A stretch of DNA of 64,000 nt from Octopus vulgaris (taxonomy: Eukaryota), in assembly GCA_951406725.2 (NCBI GenBank), contig OX597832.1, forward strand, positions 24,738,001 through 24,802,000, written 5' to 3'. The notes beneath the pieces are model-generated. The model made no database searches and had not been told where the DNA came from. It saw only the letters and a list, made by a program, of their open reading frames with translations. The position numbers and the translations under genes were made by a program. Each line of letters begins with the position of its first letter. The first letter of the stretch is position 1. Shown in pieces: positions 41,201 through 55,737 of this stretch.

Positions 41201-42090
41201 AGTTTGTCTGGCAGAATACTATTATCATTAAAGCTAGCTATGTGTATATATATATATATATAAAAACACACATACTACATATATGTGTATCTACGCATAT
41301 AAGTATGTATTGTATACATATATACTTACACACACACATACACACACATTCACACATATTTGCGCACGTGAGGCTGAGTGAATATGCATTAGAGCATGTG
41401 CCTGTGCGTGAACATTCGTGTCCATATGTGTGTGTGTGTGCACGGGCGTACGGGCGTGTAGGCGCGCGTGTGTGTGTGTGTGCGTGCACGGGCGTACGGG
41501 CGTGTAGGCGTGTGTGTGTGTATGCGTGGTGTGGTGCGCGCTTTCGTGTTTATTTCGATTAAAAATATATAACATTGATTAATAAGCTCCGATAAAAGTT
41601 TCCATCGGGTGTTAGATATAAGTATTATCATTGGAAATAGAAAACAACTTCAAAACGGTACAAAAACAATCTATTGACAATCTAAACTTGTGTATATTTT
41701 CACATCTGAAGAGCCAAAATATATTTTCACAAATCACTTGAGTGTGTTTTCTTTAAAATCCACCAATATTTTCATTAATAATACGACTTATGTATAGATA
41801 TTGTTATTGAATAAACATTGTTTTTTGTATAAAATCTTGATTTTATTTTCGTTCAAGATGTAACAATGGTGAGATATCTCTTGATATAACATACGTGAGA
41901 AAGAATATTACGCTGTAGACTCCGTATATTGTTATTTGCATGTCCTTTTGCGGGTCCATATATACTTTCTTCGATTCTTTTATTAGTTTCAGTCATTTGA
42001 CTGCGGCCATTCTGGAGCAGCGCCTTTAGTCGAAACGAATTTATAAAATTTGGCATTAGAAATTTTTTTCTTTTGCCCTTGTTCATAAGT

Positions 42091-42181
<91 letters not shown>

Positions 42182-42204
42182 GAATGTATGTATGTATGCA
42201 TGTA

Positions 42205-42345
42205 TATGCAGCACGGAATTTTGTCAGTGAACAAGTCGCGGTCTCAAAACGACGAAAATATTTGTCAAATTAAATTAAAATGTTGAAGTGAATCTAAGGG
42301 TTTTTGTGTTTTTGAATGGCTTATAAACACCTTCCACGCTGCAAT
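42205..42345 (+). mobile_element. Short repeat family H (same as 62997-63143), carries a decayed G3:C8 hammerhead-like fold
   Basis: Aligns over ~140 bp with the reverse complement of 62997-63143; flanked by (TA)/(TACA)n. Confidence 0.8.
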
Positions 42346-42398
42346 ATACATACATACATACATACATACATACAGGTATATATATATATGTATATATA

Positions 42399-42483
<85 letters not shown>

Positions 42484-42637
42484 GCACATCAGCAACATTC
42501 ATATATTTCTTGAGAATGGGGTCATAACCCCGAAATAATGAATACAAGGTGAGTCTAGTTTAATTCACTTATTTGTATTCTTGCGATTTACCTTGAATCT
42601 ACTTCGCATTGCTTTGGCCTTACCCACGATCTTTTAT

Positions 42638-42685
<48 letters not shown>

Positions 42686-43493
42686 TAAGAAAATGGAGTT
42701 AACGCAGGTGTAATCAAATTTGCTGCCCTGGTAACTATTTATTTATTTTTTCCGTGTTAATTGTTAACAAGGTAAAAAATACACTCATCTATATATATAT
42801 ATATATGTATGTATTTATACATGCATAAACGCACATATGCTAATGTATATATACATGTGTGTGTTTGTGTGTATACATGTGTAGAATCCATGTGTGAGGA
42901 TGAAATCTTTAAATAGTAACAAAAGGGAGGCGTTTTATATATATTTTTATATAACTGATCGAATAACTCTTTGTTCTTACGGTCGGTTAAATTTAGAAAT
43001 TATTTTCTGTTAAATGGGGGGGGGGGTAAAGCAGTTTCTGTTAAATGGGTTTTATAATACATTTACCATAAAAAAACTAGCAAGCTACAAATACAATTAC
43101 TATGCAATGGCAACAAAAAAAACTCGATTAGTAAGATACAATTTTCTTCTAAAGTTCAAAATGTTGCAGACAGATGGCAGGTGAGAATTTGAAAAGCTTA
43201 AATAATTAAAATATATTGATGGAAAGAAAATATCCTTTGGTGTAAAATCGTCGAATATATTTGAATATTAGAAAATGTCACTTTTATTTTTTCAGTCAAT
43301 AGGTTATTATTAATAATTTAAACCTCAACAATTTATTCAATTATAGAAACAATTTCATTTAGTATATATTATTTATATATGTATGTACATGTAGTTACGT
43401 ATCTATGCGTGTACGTGTGCATATGTGTATAATGTATGTATGTATCGTTTTATGTAATATATATAAATATATACATACATACATATATATATA

Positions 43494-43632
<139 letters not shown>

Positions 43633-43754
43633 GTATATACTTTTTTTAAAGCAGCAGAAAATTCAACAAGACCTGTTACTATGTATGTATGTGTGTGTGT
43701 ATATATACCTATATATATATATATATATATATAGGTATATATATATACACACAC

Positions 43755-43795
<41 letters not shown>

Positions 43796-44464
43796 TATAT
43801 ATATATATACACATGTATGAATATCTCTATATTTATATACTTGTATATATGTACAATTATATATCTACATACATCTTTATATACATATAGGTATACCCAC
43901 ACACAATGTACATGAGTGTATATATATATATACATATGTGTATGCATGTTAGCATGTGGGCGTGTGGCCATTTCTATTTATGATAATAATACGAAATAAG
44001 AGCAAAGCGCAAATCACTTTAAGTTTGACACAATCTATAAATGTTATAGTGAAAAACGTTTATGGAAATAACCATAACGATAAAAATCACGGCGAATGCC
44101 GACAGTGCTGGCAGCGGTAGCGGCGGGGACGGCAGCAATGGCAGATGCTGATGGCGATGATGATGATGATGATGTTGGATAACTCCGATCGTGCACGGTG
44201 ATGGTGGAGGTGAAGAAGAAATATGTCACACGCTAAAATAATTTAGGAAGTTTGCCGGCGGTGATTTGAAAATGAAAATAGTTGCGTATCATATTTAATG
44301 TATTTTACCAAACGTGAACTTAATCGAATTAATTACTTTGATTTATTTCGTATTCACAATGCTTCTGAGGAAAATATCGAGAAAAATGAAAACTGTAGTT
44401 TGTTTAAAACCTCTGCTCTGGTTTCCATTCTTGCGTAAATCATACGTACATGAATACGTGTGTG

Positions 44465-44852
44465 CATGTGGCTGTGGGTAAGTAGCTTGTTTACCAACCA
44501 CATGGTTCCGAGTTCAGTCCCACTGCGTGACATCTTGGGCAAGTGTCTTCTGCTATAGCCCAGGGCCGACCAATGCCTTGTGAGTGGATTTGGTAGACGG
44601 AAACTGAAAGAAGCCTGTCGTATATATGTATATATATATATATTTGAGTGTTTGTGTGTCTGTGTTTGTCCCCCTAGCATTGCTTGACAACCGATGCTGG
44701 TGTATTTACGTCTCCGTCACTTAGCGATTCGGCAAAAGAGACCGATAGAATAAGTACTGGGCTTACAAAGAATAAGTCCCGGGGTCGATTTGCTCGACTA
44801 AAGGCGGTGCTCCATGGTCGCAGTCAGATGACTGAAGCAAGTAAAAGAGTAT
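44465..44852 (+). mobile_element. SINE family A, full length
   Basis: Matches 12666-13092. Confidence 0.92.
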
Positions 44853-44855
44853 AAG

Positions 44856-44954
<99 letters not shown>

Positions 44955-44960
44955 GTGTGT

Positions 44961-45224
44961 GTGGAGGCGCAATGGCCCAGTTGATAGGGCAGTGGACGGG
45001 CGTTGTGAGTGTTTATTGAGCGAAAACACCTGAAAGCTCCACGAGGCTCCGGCAGGGGTGGGGGAGTAATCACTGCTGTACCCTTTCCCCACAACTTTCT
45101 CTCACTCTTTCTTCTGTTGGCCTGCTCGCTTAGCCAGCGGGGTGGTGTCATTTGAAGGCTAAAACAATGCGAAGCACATGTAGCCAGCGATATCTAGCAA
45201 CATCTGATAGCCTGGTCGGTCATG

Positions 45225-45228
<4 letters not shown>
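44961..45228 (+). mobile_element. SINE related to family D (B-box region deleted, different tail)
   Basis: gtggaggcgcaatggcccagt head; gagcgaaaacacc..gctccacgaggctccgg..cacaactttctctcactcttt body shared with 37220-37330. Confidence 0.7.
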
Positions 45229-45282
<54 letters not shown>

Positions 45283-45286
<4 letters not shown>

Positions 45287-45537
45287 GCTGGTGCATAATA
45301 TTGCCGCTATTTGTTTCCAATAAATTTTATTCAGCAAAATCAATAGCAATATTTAATAAAAACGTATCTAAATAGACGGTCTGACCATCTACCAAGCAAA
45401 TAGGAAGCAGTAATTGAAGTAGATGCTGAATATGCTCCTGAATAACCATTTAAAGATGTTTTTGTTACATGATTTTATTGTTTTTGTCGAATAAAATTTG
45501 TTGAAATATTTGTCGCAATAATTATACATCAACCCAA
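45283..45537. mobile_element. Mariner MITE with TA TSD
   Basis: TA-ttaggctggtgcataatattgc ... gcaataattatacatcaacccaa-TA, resembling mariner TTAGGTTGGTGCA TIRs. Confidence 0.7.
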
Positions 45538-45638
45538 TATCCTCCATTTCCTCTGTCAACCATTAATTTTATACATACATGTATACATATATATATATAT
45601 ATACATATATGTATATATATATATATATATATACATAC

Positions 45639-45699
<61 letters not shown>

Positions 45700-46066
45700 A
45701 TTAATGAGAGACAGTTAAGATGGAAGATACGAGAATCGTTATTGATCATTGCAATCGTTTCCGGCATGGAACCCTTACAGGTGGGATACTGCACAACAGG
45801 ATTAGGTGTATCCCTCGTTGTAGATGTGTCGCCTCGAGTGATTTCAAGAAGTATCTTGTTAAAATAAACTCTGTTTCGCACAACTTATTATTGCATGTTT
45901 TCTCACTTGTCTTTTGGTCTTCGTATAGCGGAAAAGCAGATTAATGAATACTGCTCCATTCTTATAGAAGATCAGTAGCAAATATTAGACACAAAAAGAA
46001 ACAAAGGTACAGGCATAGCTGTGTAGTTGGATCTTGGTTCGCAACCACATGATTCCGTTCAGTATC

Positions 46067-46218
46067 TTGAACGTCCGTGCAGGAAAGGAAAGATGGTCAC
46101 GTGTGGAAAAGAAAGATGGACGATGGTCATATGTGAGCAACGACAGAGAGAAAAAGAGACAGATAGAAAGCCCACACATGGCCATCGTCCATTTTTCTTT
46201 TCCTGCACGGACGTTCAA
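46067..46218. repeat. Nested inverted repeat at the start of a Penelope-like relic (to ~46640)
   Basis: 46067-46096 vs 46189-46218, and 46105-46138 vs 46170-46203. Confidence 0.8.
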
Positions 46219-46863
46219 AGGACTGGACGTGTTCTTTCTTTCTCTTCTATCTTTTCTCTGTTCAAAGAAAATATGTCTCCCAGCGTTCACTGTTTTCCTC
46301 TCGTTCTGGTCTAACGACTCTTTGTGTCTGTTTTCTTTCGGTTTCTTTGTATGTCTCCAGTCTTGTTGTTCCCAACTTTGATCTCACCCCACCAAAAATC
46401 CTAAATTTCATTTTGGAATTGTGGGGAACAACTCTTTTTGAAGACTCATATTGTCGTTAAATGCTCGAAACGAGGAGTACACAGCCGACAACTGACGAAG
46501 GATCGTTTTCGGTGTTTACTTGTCCTGTTTTCCATTTTTTCTGTAATTGTTTGTGTATTTCACTCGTTTGATTTCGTATTTGAGGTTGTTTACACAATTG
46601 ATGACATCTGTACCCATATTTGCATATATGCTGGCCACTAATGAAATAAAAAAAAAATTATCCTACATCAGATGTAAATTTATTACCATTCACTTCCGGA
46701 CTGTCTCCTACTCTATGAGAATTTTCAGTCCGATCACACGTGTCTTGAGGTGTGATGTAGATTTTCTGTTTTGGATACGTTTGGGGTACGCAAGTGTATA
46801 CATAACTTTGTCTCTGCTTCTTCCATTAGTGCAGATAAGTATTTCATTTATTTCTTAACGCAT

Positions 46864-46924
46864 TTACCGCTGATGACGAGAAAATTCTTTAAGAATTAAT
46901 TCAGAAATCGGACCGATTCGGTAA
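46864..46924 (+). ncRNA. Putative type I hammerhead ribozyme
   Basis: ttaccg-CTGATGA-[aattct/agaatt hairpin]-GAAA-tcgg a ccga-TT-cggtaa; stem I 6/6. Confidence 0.72.
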
Positions 46925-47067
46925 TAACGGAATTGTTGTGTTATTTTGTGACAACCAGTACCTAACACAACAAAGCTTTTACATGTTACTTTTGACAATC
47001 TTTTTCTAAAAAAAGTAAAACCGGTCAAGTAAATAAACATCTTTTAAAATTGCATTTTCAAACCTAC

Positions 47068-47117
<50 letters not shown>

Positions 47118-47125
47118 ATATATGA

Positions 47126-47157
<32 letters not shown>

Positions 47158-47160
47158 ATA

Positions 47161-47232
<72 letters not shown>

Positions 47233-47401
47233 TATATGTATATGGATATGCATATATATATATGTATATATATGTATATATATAGATAGATAGATAGATA
47301 TATATAACTATACATATATATATACCTATATATATATATGTGTGTGTGTATATATGCATACATATATATATATGTATATGGATATGCATATATATATGAA
47401 A

Positions 47402-47447
<46 letters not shown>

Positions 47448-48197
47448 CATACACACACACACATATATATATATACACACACATATATATATATATTCAT
47501 CTCAGTGTTAGCCTTTCTTTCTGCTATTGATGAATTGCCGTTGTTGTCCTTTAAATGTCCTTTACGCTGTTTCATTTATCCCTGTTGATGTGTATTCTCA
47601 TTCTGCCATTCAACCGTTCTCAGTTTACCTGCCTGTTTGCAGATGCATATATGTGTGATTTCCTCCGTATATCTCCGTGCTTTTCTTGTACATTGATGCA
47701 TGTATGTGTGTGTGTGTCTGTGTGTGTGGTGGGGTGTAATTTCTTGTGTGTCTTCGCGTTTATTGTACAAATAACAGAGATATCAGTTTGCCGTCTGCTA
47801 TCCATTAAAGGCAAACATCGAAGACAAAAGACAAATATAGATACGAATTATGAAAAAGAAATAAAAAACCCCAAAAGAAACGAAGGTTTCGTGAAGGATT
47901 CTAATCAAACATAGCAGTTATGTAAATGATTCATCATGTTTGTGTATCCATGTCCCTGCTTCACTGAAAATCAGAACACTTGAACGATGGTCGCTAATAA
48001 TACATTAGTCTTTTACAATAAGCGTTGTATCCCTTTTTATGCTTTGGATGTAATCGATATAGATTTGTAAAGTCGGTGGTGGATTGACGACTGTGGATTG
48101 ACGACCTTAGACAGCTTGCTATCGTCTGCTTCTTACAATCGTCTGCTTCTTACAATCTGGTCTCAAATCTCACCGAGATCAAACTATTTTATGGGTT

Positions 48198-48410
48198 TAT
48201 TCTTTTATTTGTTTCGGTCATTTGACCTTGGCCATGCTGAAGCACCGCCTTTTAGTCGAACAATTCGACCCCAGTGCTCATTCTTTGTAAGCATAGTATT
48301 TGTTCTATCCGCGTCTTTAGCCGAACCGCTAACGCTAAGTTACGGGGACGGAAACAACCAAGATCAGTTATCAAGCGATGGTAGGGGGACAAACACAAAC
48401 ACAAACACAC
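48198..48410 (-). mobile_element. SINE family A, 3' half
   Basis: Diverged match to 1-198. Confidence 0.8.
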
Positions 48411-48452
48411 AAACATACATATATACATACACACATACATACGCACACACAC

Positions 48453-48508
<56 letters not shown>

Positions 48509-48755
48509 CAATTAAGGACAACTTCTTAATAAGGAAAACTTAACAAGAAATTATCGGGTAGATAGCGTGAAAAACCTCATAAGAGAAAAAATTTCGAAAA
48601 TAATTCTTTCTTATTGAACATATTAAATTTATATATAGAGGGCATTATTATACATACATGCCACACGCTAAGAGGGACAAAATTAGTCATTTCTACCAAA
48701 AATTTTACTAATCCCACCGAATGCAATTTTTCAAAGTGAGACATTTAAAAATATG

Positions 48756-48802
48756 GACTTGTATCACCTGTGATTTCATACCTCTGTATTCATCAGCAAG
48801 TC
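48756..48802 (-). ncRNA. Type I hammerhead ribozyme, intact consensus
   Basis: gacttg-CTGATGA-atac agag gtat-GAAA-tcac ag gtga-TA-caagtc; all three stems fully paired. Confidence 0.85.
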
Positions 48803-49025
48803 TGGACGTATCATAAATAAACGACCCTACATCGTCAAAGCCGGGTAGCCAACTGATCAACATCAACATTATTCCGAAAAAACTTTTCCTTTCCCGAAGT
48901 GCAATTCGTAAAAGTCTGCCATTTACCGGATGTAAATATGTAAACTAACCCATGTGCGTCGTTGATGTTGATCAGTTGGCTGCCCGGCTTTGACGATGTA
49001 GGGTCGTTTATTTATGATACGTCCA

Positions 49026-49071
49026 GACTTGCTGATGAATACAGAGGTATGAAATCACAGGTGATACAAAT
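49026..49071 (+). ncRNA. Type I hammerhead, second copy (stem I shortened)
   Basis: Same core and stems II/III; stem I ttg/caa only. Confidence 0.7.
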
Positions 49072-49164
49072 TTTTAAATGCTTAAAAAATTGCATTCAAT
49101 GGGATTAGTAAAATTTTGCAGAAATGACTAATAATAGTAATAACGTATATAATATAACGTAATA

Positions 49165-49241
<77 letters not shown>

Positions 49242-49420
49242 AAAAAAGTTAGAAAAAAATACACACAATATAATATATATTTATCAATTCAAAATGAACA
49301 ATAAAATTATACCATCTAGAAAATTACATATAATTGAAATATTAAAATTAAAATAGCAATAAAATGTCAATGATTAAGTAAATTGCAAAAAAATAATAAT
49401 AATAACGTATATGATATAAC

Positions 49421-49455
<35 letters not shown>

Positions 49456-49741
49456 CACAAGAAAAGGTAACAAACTTCATTCAGAGATAGTAAGATCTTA
49501 CGAAAGTACTGGTTAGTAACCTATACAAAGCGTATTGCACCTTATATTTAATATTCCATTACAGGGTAATTATATAAACCGTGGTTTATATATATTTTAT
49601 TTATTATAATAATAAGATGAGAGAATAGGGAAGTAATAAATTGAATATTATTTATAAATTAAAGAAATTGACAAACATACCTTACAGGTGTTTCAATTCA
49701 GGCTCTCAGAAAAGTAATTCTACCTGCCTTGTTACTATATA

Positions 49742-50035
49742 CTGGCGCTCCGACGGCTACGATGACGAGGTTTCCGATTGATCAGATCTACAGAATTACC
49801 TGCAAGTGAAATTAACCTGACAGTAGTTCAGCACTCCTCAGACACGTGTAACTTAACGTAGTTCACAGCTTGAAACAATGTAACAAAGCTCTGGCCATTT
49901 CTAATACAGGTACAAACTTATTTTTCTAGCTGAGTGAAGTGGAGCAATGTGAAATGAAGTGTATTGTTAAAAGACACAACGTGCCGCCGGGGAGCGAAGT
50001 CAAAACCCGACGATCGTGAGACGAATAAGAAACCA
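49742..50035 (-). mobile_element. SINE family C, diverged
   Basis: Aligns with the reverse complement of 22240-22534. Confidence 0.75.
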
Positions 50036-50249
50036 TTGTTCAAAGTATAGAGACGGTAGAATTGTCAAAGTTTCGAAAGAAACGCCTTACAATATTTCAA
50101 ATTCTTTGCATTCTGGATTGAAATGGCGCTTTGGTCAACTTTGCGTTTCGATATTTCGAGATTAATAAATTAAGGAAATAGTCGTACTAAGATCGACTTT
50201 GCCTTTCATCCTTCGTGTTCAATAAAATAGGATCCCTCGAAATTGCTGG

Positions 50250-50642
50250 AGTGGCTCTGTGATAAGTATAAGTAGCTTGCTTACAAACCTCATGGTTCCG
50301 GGTTCAGTCCCACTGCGTGGCACCTTGGGCAAGTGCCTTCTACTATAGCCTCGGGCTGACCAAAGCCTTGTGAGTGGATTTGGTAGACGGAAACTGAAAG
50401 AAGACCGTCGTATATATTTATATATGTATATGTATGTATGTGTGTTTGTGTGTCTGTCTTTGTGTCCCCCCCCAACATCGCTTGACAACCGATGCTGGTG
50501 TGTTTATGTCCCCATAACTTAGTGGTTCGAAAAAGGAACCGATAGAATAAGTACTAGGCTTACAAAGAATAAATCCTGGGGTCGATTTGCTCCAGCATGG
50601 CCGCAGTCAAATGACTGAAACAAGTAAAAGAGTTAAAGAGTA
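50250..50642 (+). mobile_element. SINE family A, full length
   Basis: Matches 12666-13092 with a small 3' deletion. Confidence 0.9.
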
Positions 50643-51369
50643 AATATTTTACAAGCAAAATACTTTCAAAGCGGATTGGATTTTATCTACTTTCAACAAC
50701 ATTTATGCAAACCAACAGAGGTCGGTTTTTAATTAAGCAAACGTACTACATTAATGCCCGTTTTCATCTCGGAAGATCTAAGTATGTTTACACCATGGTA
50801 TCTCCAAACTGGATATGACTAGTACAGAATTTAGCACTTTGCTTAGACACGACTATTGCCCTTTCACGATAGTCCAACACGTTATTAACTAGAAATATAT
50901 TTATGGACATTATTTCTAGAGCGAAATCATTAAAATTGTCCAAATTACTTTCACACATTTCTTCACAGAATTCACATCAATGTCGAAACAATATGGTAAT
51001 TCCTTCACAATTTAATGAAATTTTAGCGAATTTATCATAGAGAACGGTGACATTAGATCACTCTATATAATCTTCATTAATTAATGAAATGGTTTTAATT
51101 ATCTGTGAGACTGCTATGGTGTTTTGTTTCTCTATCACATAATTTCGACTTTACCTGATGTTATATTTAACTCATATAACATATATTTAGTGGCTGTGAA
51201 AGACTATTTTCCAGGTCCAACCATTATATACGCAAATATACCCAGCTTATTTAAAAGAAACCAACAAATATTCTGTTAGTATTGTTATACTGTATGCAGC
51301 AAAAAAGGTAAAATCGATTACAAAAATCTGAAGAAACAAATGATGCCACTCAAAACACGTTATATTTTC

Positions 51370-51759
51370 ATTTCTTTACTACCCACAAGGGGCTAAACAG
51401 AGAGGACAAACAAGGGCAGACAAACGGATTAAGCCGATAATATCGACCCCAGTGCGTAACTGATACTTATTCTATCGAACCCGAAAGGATTAAAGGCAAA
51501 GTCGGCCTAGGCGGAATTTGAACTCAGAACGTTACGGCAGACGAAATGCATATTTCTTTACTACCCACAAGGGGCTAAACACAGAGGGGACAAACAAGGA
51601 CATATACAGGGATTAAGTCGATTACATCGACCCCAGTGCGTAACTGATACTTAATTTATCGATTCCGAAAGGATGAAAGGCAAAGTCGACCTCGGCGGGC
51701 AGACGAAATACGGCTACGCATTTGGCCCGGCGTGCTAACGATTCTGCCAGCTCGCCGCC
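51370..51759 (-). mobile_element. SINE family B dimer with ~19-bp TSD
   Basis: Two units; flanks tcaaaacacgttatatttt (51350-51368) and tcaagagacgttatatttt (51761-51779). Confidence 0.9.
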
Positions 51760-51921
51760 TTCAAGAGACGTTATATTTTGCCAACGTCGTATCTTTTAGA
51801 TAATCATCCGGTAAGTACAGAAGACATATATATTCCGGCTTATTTTAGCTGCATTTAAATTCACATGTGAAGAATAAACAATTCTTTACTTTCAACAATA
51901 GAGAGGAAAGTAACAGTAGAC

Positions 51922-52093
51922 AGACGTAGTAATGGCTGTGTGGTAATTAGCTTGCTTACCAACCACATAGTTCCGGGTTCAGTCCCACTGTGTGACACCT
52001 TGGTCAAGTGTCTTCTACTATAGCCTCGAGCCGACCAAAGCCTTGTGAGTGGATTTGGTAGACGGAAACTGAAAGAAGCCCGTCCTATATATG

Positions 52094-52127
<34 letters not shown>

Positions 52128-52392
52128 TGTATGTATGTATGTATGTATGTATATATGTATGTATGTATGTATGTATTTGTGTGTGTATGTTTGTGTGCAT
52201 GTATTTGTCCCCCAACATCGCTTGACAACCGATGCTGGTGTGTTTACGTCCCCGTAACTTAGCGGTTGGGCAAGAGAGACCGATAGAATAAGTAGTAGGC
52301 TTACAAAGAATAAGTCCTGGGGTCGATTTGCTTTGACTAATGGCGGTGCTCCAGCATGGCCACTGTAAAATGTCTGAAACAAGTAAAAGAAT
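51922..52392 (+). mobile_element. SINE family A, full length, central (TATG)n
   Basis: Matches family A. Confidence 0.9.
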
Positions 52393-54193
52393 ATGGCTTA
52401 CAGAGCCACTCAGTAAAACGAAGTGAACGCTGACGGAGAATATGTTAACAAAATGATTGTATTCGATTATCAATGAACCTACTTTCATGAATTCAAATCA
52501 TGGTTACATGTTCCTTGATGCATTTATATACAGAATTCTTTACTAAATCTCAGTCGAAGTATATTTTGGATATGCTAACAGTAGTAAGAATCATGCCCAC
52601 ACTCAACTGGTGACTCTGTCTATTCAAGACAGATATGTTTGTTTAATCAAGTTAACTGCAGTTAAATACCGAATATTTGCGACCCACTCCCAAAGCTTGA
52701 GAAAAGATTAACTTGTTTATGCAAAACAGCAGACACATTTAAGTGTGTTTAGTACAACAGATCAGGAATTTACACGATAAATTTTCACTGTAACTTTGTT
52801 GTGATTCTAAAAATAATTCCATTTACACTAGGAAAGAACTGATAATTCGAATCTTTTCTACTTTTCATTCGATGGAAACTAAAAATGAAATTAAATAAAC
52901 TTAGTTTAACGACAAACTGAAACACCTTCCGAGACCAGCTACAAGTTTTGGGTTATCAGATAAATTCGTTCGATATTTCTGCTTGACATTTTATCATCAT
53001 ACAGTTAAAAATAGGTAAAATTTATTTAAATTTCAAAAGCGATAAACAAAAGTTGTAGAGGATGAACAGAATTACAAAAGTAAGGGTCCAATCTATCTGA
53101 CATATTGATAGGGGCCAAATATCCCTTATGTAATATGGGACCATCTTAACAAAAGGAAGATAGACAAGTAGGAGCATATTACCCAATGTATTTTTCCTTT
53201 CTTAGGGAGGTAAGGTATAATGAGAGAGAATTTTGTATTGTATTTCTATTAAGGAGAATGACAAATTAGAAAGTCACTCGTTATGTATCTACCTGTAGCA
53301 GGTGAGCTAAAGACGTTGGTACGTGTTATTCGCACTTTTACGAATGACGGTGTCTTGAATCCCATCTGAGTATCTTCGAAACACACACACACACACAAAA
53401 TCAGAAAAAGTATCGAGTAACGTAATCTTTCGATATGTTGGATTCTCAGATGAATTCATCAGTTTTCCTTCTTCTATTTTAAGAGTTTTCCAATGTTATC
53501 TGGAATAACACAAATAATATTTTTAGTATACTGTTTTATGTTTTTTTAGCACCTCTACCACTTACATTTATTCCATTTGAAGTATTAATAAATTTCGCCT
53601 TTTTTCAAACTTATATCGATGGAGTATCAAATGGCAGAACAAAAATAGAAAGAATTTATCTGGCAAAACAATATTAAATTCACAAAAAATGTCGAAGATT
53701 TTCGCATGTGGAACGCATTTGATATTAAATCTTCTCATTGGACAAGGTATAAAACAATAGCAAAAAAAAAAAAGGTGTCGTTTGAATACCAAATATTTCG
53801 TTAAATTGTAGTAGTCGTAGTAAGCGCGATTATTTTACGTTCTGGCAAATGATGTCGGGTACCAAAAAAGCCTCAGAAACACTCTTCTACATAGAAAAAC
53901 CGAGACACAGAATTTTATAGCCAAACATCATTGCCCGAAAGCCTTTTTCAAAAACTTTTCGGGAAAAATTTTGAGAATTTTGTGAAATTTGAGCAAACTC
54001 GTAGGGGCCTCTGTAGAGCAATGTGTTAGAGAGAACAAGATTTTTAGAGGTAGAATGGCAGCAATTGTTCAGATGTCGTATGCAAGTTTTTCGCTTTACG
54101 TCACTCGTGTTTATCTACGAGAGACTGATGATTATCTACATAAATATTTATTCATATAATTACATACACGACCATACATACGTACATATATAT

Positions 54194-54282
<89 letters not shown>

Positions 54283-54446
54283 ATGTATATATACGTATGC
54301 ATGTACCTATATACGTTTGCATATTTATGTATATCTATGTTTGTGTATGCATGTGTGGGCGCGTGTTTGGACTTATCCTCCTCACAACAAGGTCACCGTA
54401 GTTTCAGCGAAGCATCATCAGAAAAATGACATGATCTGCGTAACTA

Positions 54447-54507
<61 letters not shown>

Positions 54508-54641
54508 GAGCTAACGCGATTAACATACCAGAAACTATCTCTCAAACATACGTACATACAAATATCTATACATGCATACATGCACATATACGCATATATG
54601 TATATATATATATATGTACTTATGCTATATGCATACATATC

Positions 54642-54683
<42 letters not shown>

Positions 54684-54727
54684 CATACATACTACATGTA
54701 TATGTGTTTATATATATACATTTACAT

Positions 54728-54785
<58 letters not shown>

Positions 54786-54786
54786 T

Positions 54787-54862
<76 letters not shown>

Positions 54863-55055
54863 GAATAGTGATATTGTATTTGTTTGTATATGAATATCTT
54901 ATATGAATCGCATAACGTGCTATCGTTAAAGAAAACAAAATTATCGTTTTTTCATTTATTTTCCCTATATTCCAGGCCTCCGGAATACATTCTACAATTT
55001 GATTGCAATTCTATTCCCATGGGTTTTACGTTATCTCATTTCTCTCGAGCCTTAC

Positions 55056-55210
55056 CTTCTTCTTCTTCTTCTTCTTCTTCTTCTTCTTCTTCTTCTTCTT
55101 CTTCTTCTTCTTCTTCTTCTTCTTCTTCTTCTTCTTCTTCTTCTTCTTCTTCTTCTTCCTCTCCTTTTTCTTTCTTTTCTTCTTCTTCCATTTCTTCTTC
55201 TTCCACTTCT

Positions 55211-55242
<32 letters not shown>

Positions 55243-55275
55243 TTCTTCTTCTTCTTCTTCTTCTTCTTCTTCTTC
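55056..55275. repeat. (CTT)n microsatellite
   Basis: Direct reading. Confidence 0.95.
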
Positions 55276-55576
55276 CCTCTTCTTCGCCACTGTCATGATT
55301 TTTTACGGCATCATTATCACCATCATCATCATCATCGTCGTCGTCGTCGTCGTTGTTATTTATTGTCGTTGCCCTTATACATCTCCAAATCCTTCGCCAC
55401 CACCTCAACATTATCACCATCCACATCCATCTCACCAAAATTATCATCGTGGTCAGCCTCGTCGTCTTTATCGTCCTCATCAGTGAGAAACAAAATAAGA
55501 GCGGAGGAGGAAAAAGAAACATTTGGCTCGGATCATTTCATTTCGTTGCTTTTCATTGTGAAACTCTCTCTCGCAC

Positions 55577-55615
<39 letters not shown>

Positions 55616-55688
55616 CTCTCTCTCTCTCTCTCTAGCAATGTATTTATGTATGTACGTATGTATGTATATATGTATGTATCTGTTTGTA

Positions 55689-55737
<49 letters not shown>

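Larger units (their letters stand above)
48682..49132. mobile_element. Penelope-like inverted pLTR pair, each arm with a hammerhead
   Basis: Arms 48682-48867 and 48961-49132; inner ~109 bp differ at one position; within (TA)n. Confidence 0.8.

Noticed and set aside
48076-48157. 14-bp and 17-bp tandem duplications (similar small ones at 34850-34915, 41437-41510, 56513-56570)
   Set aside because: Ordinary slippage duplications
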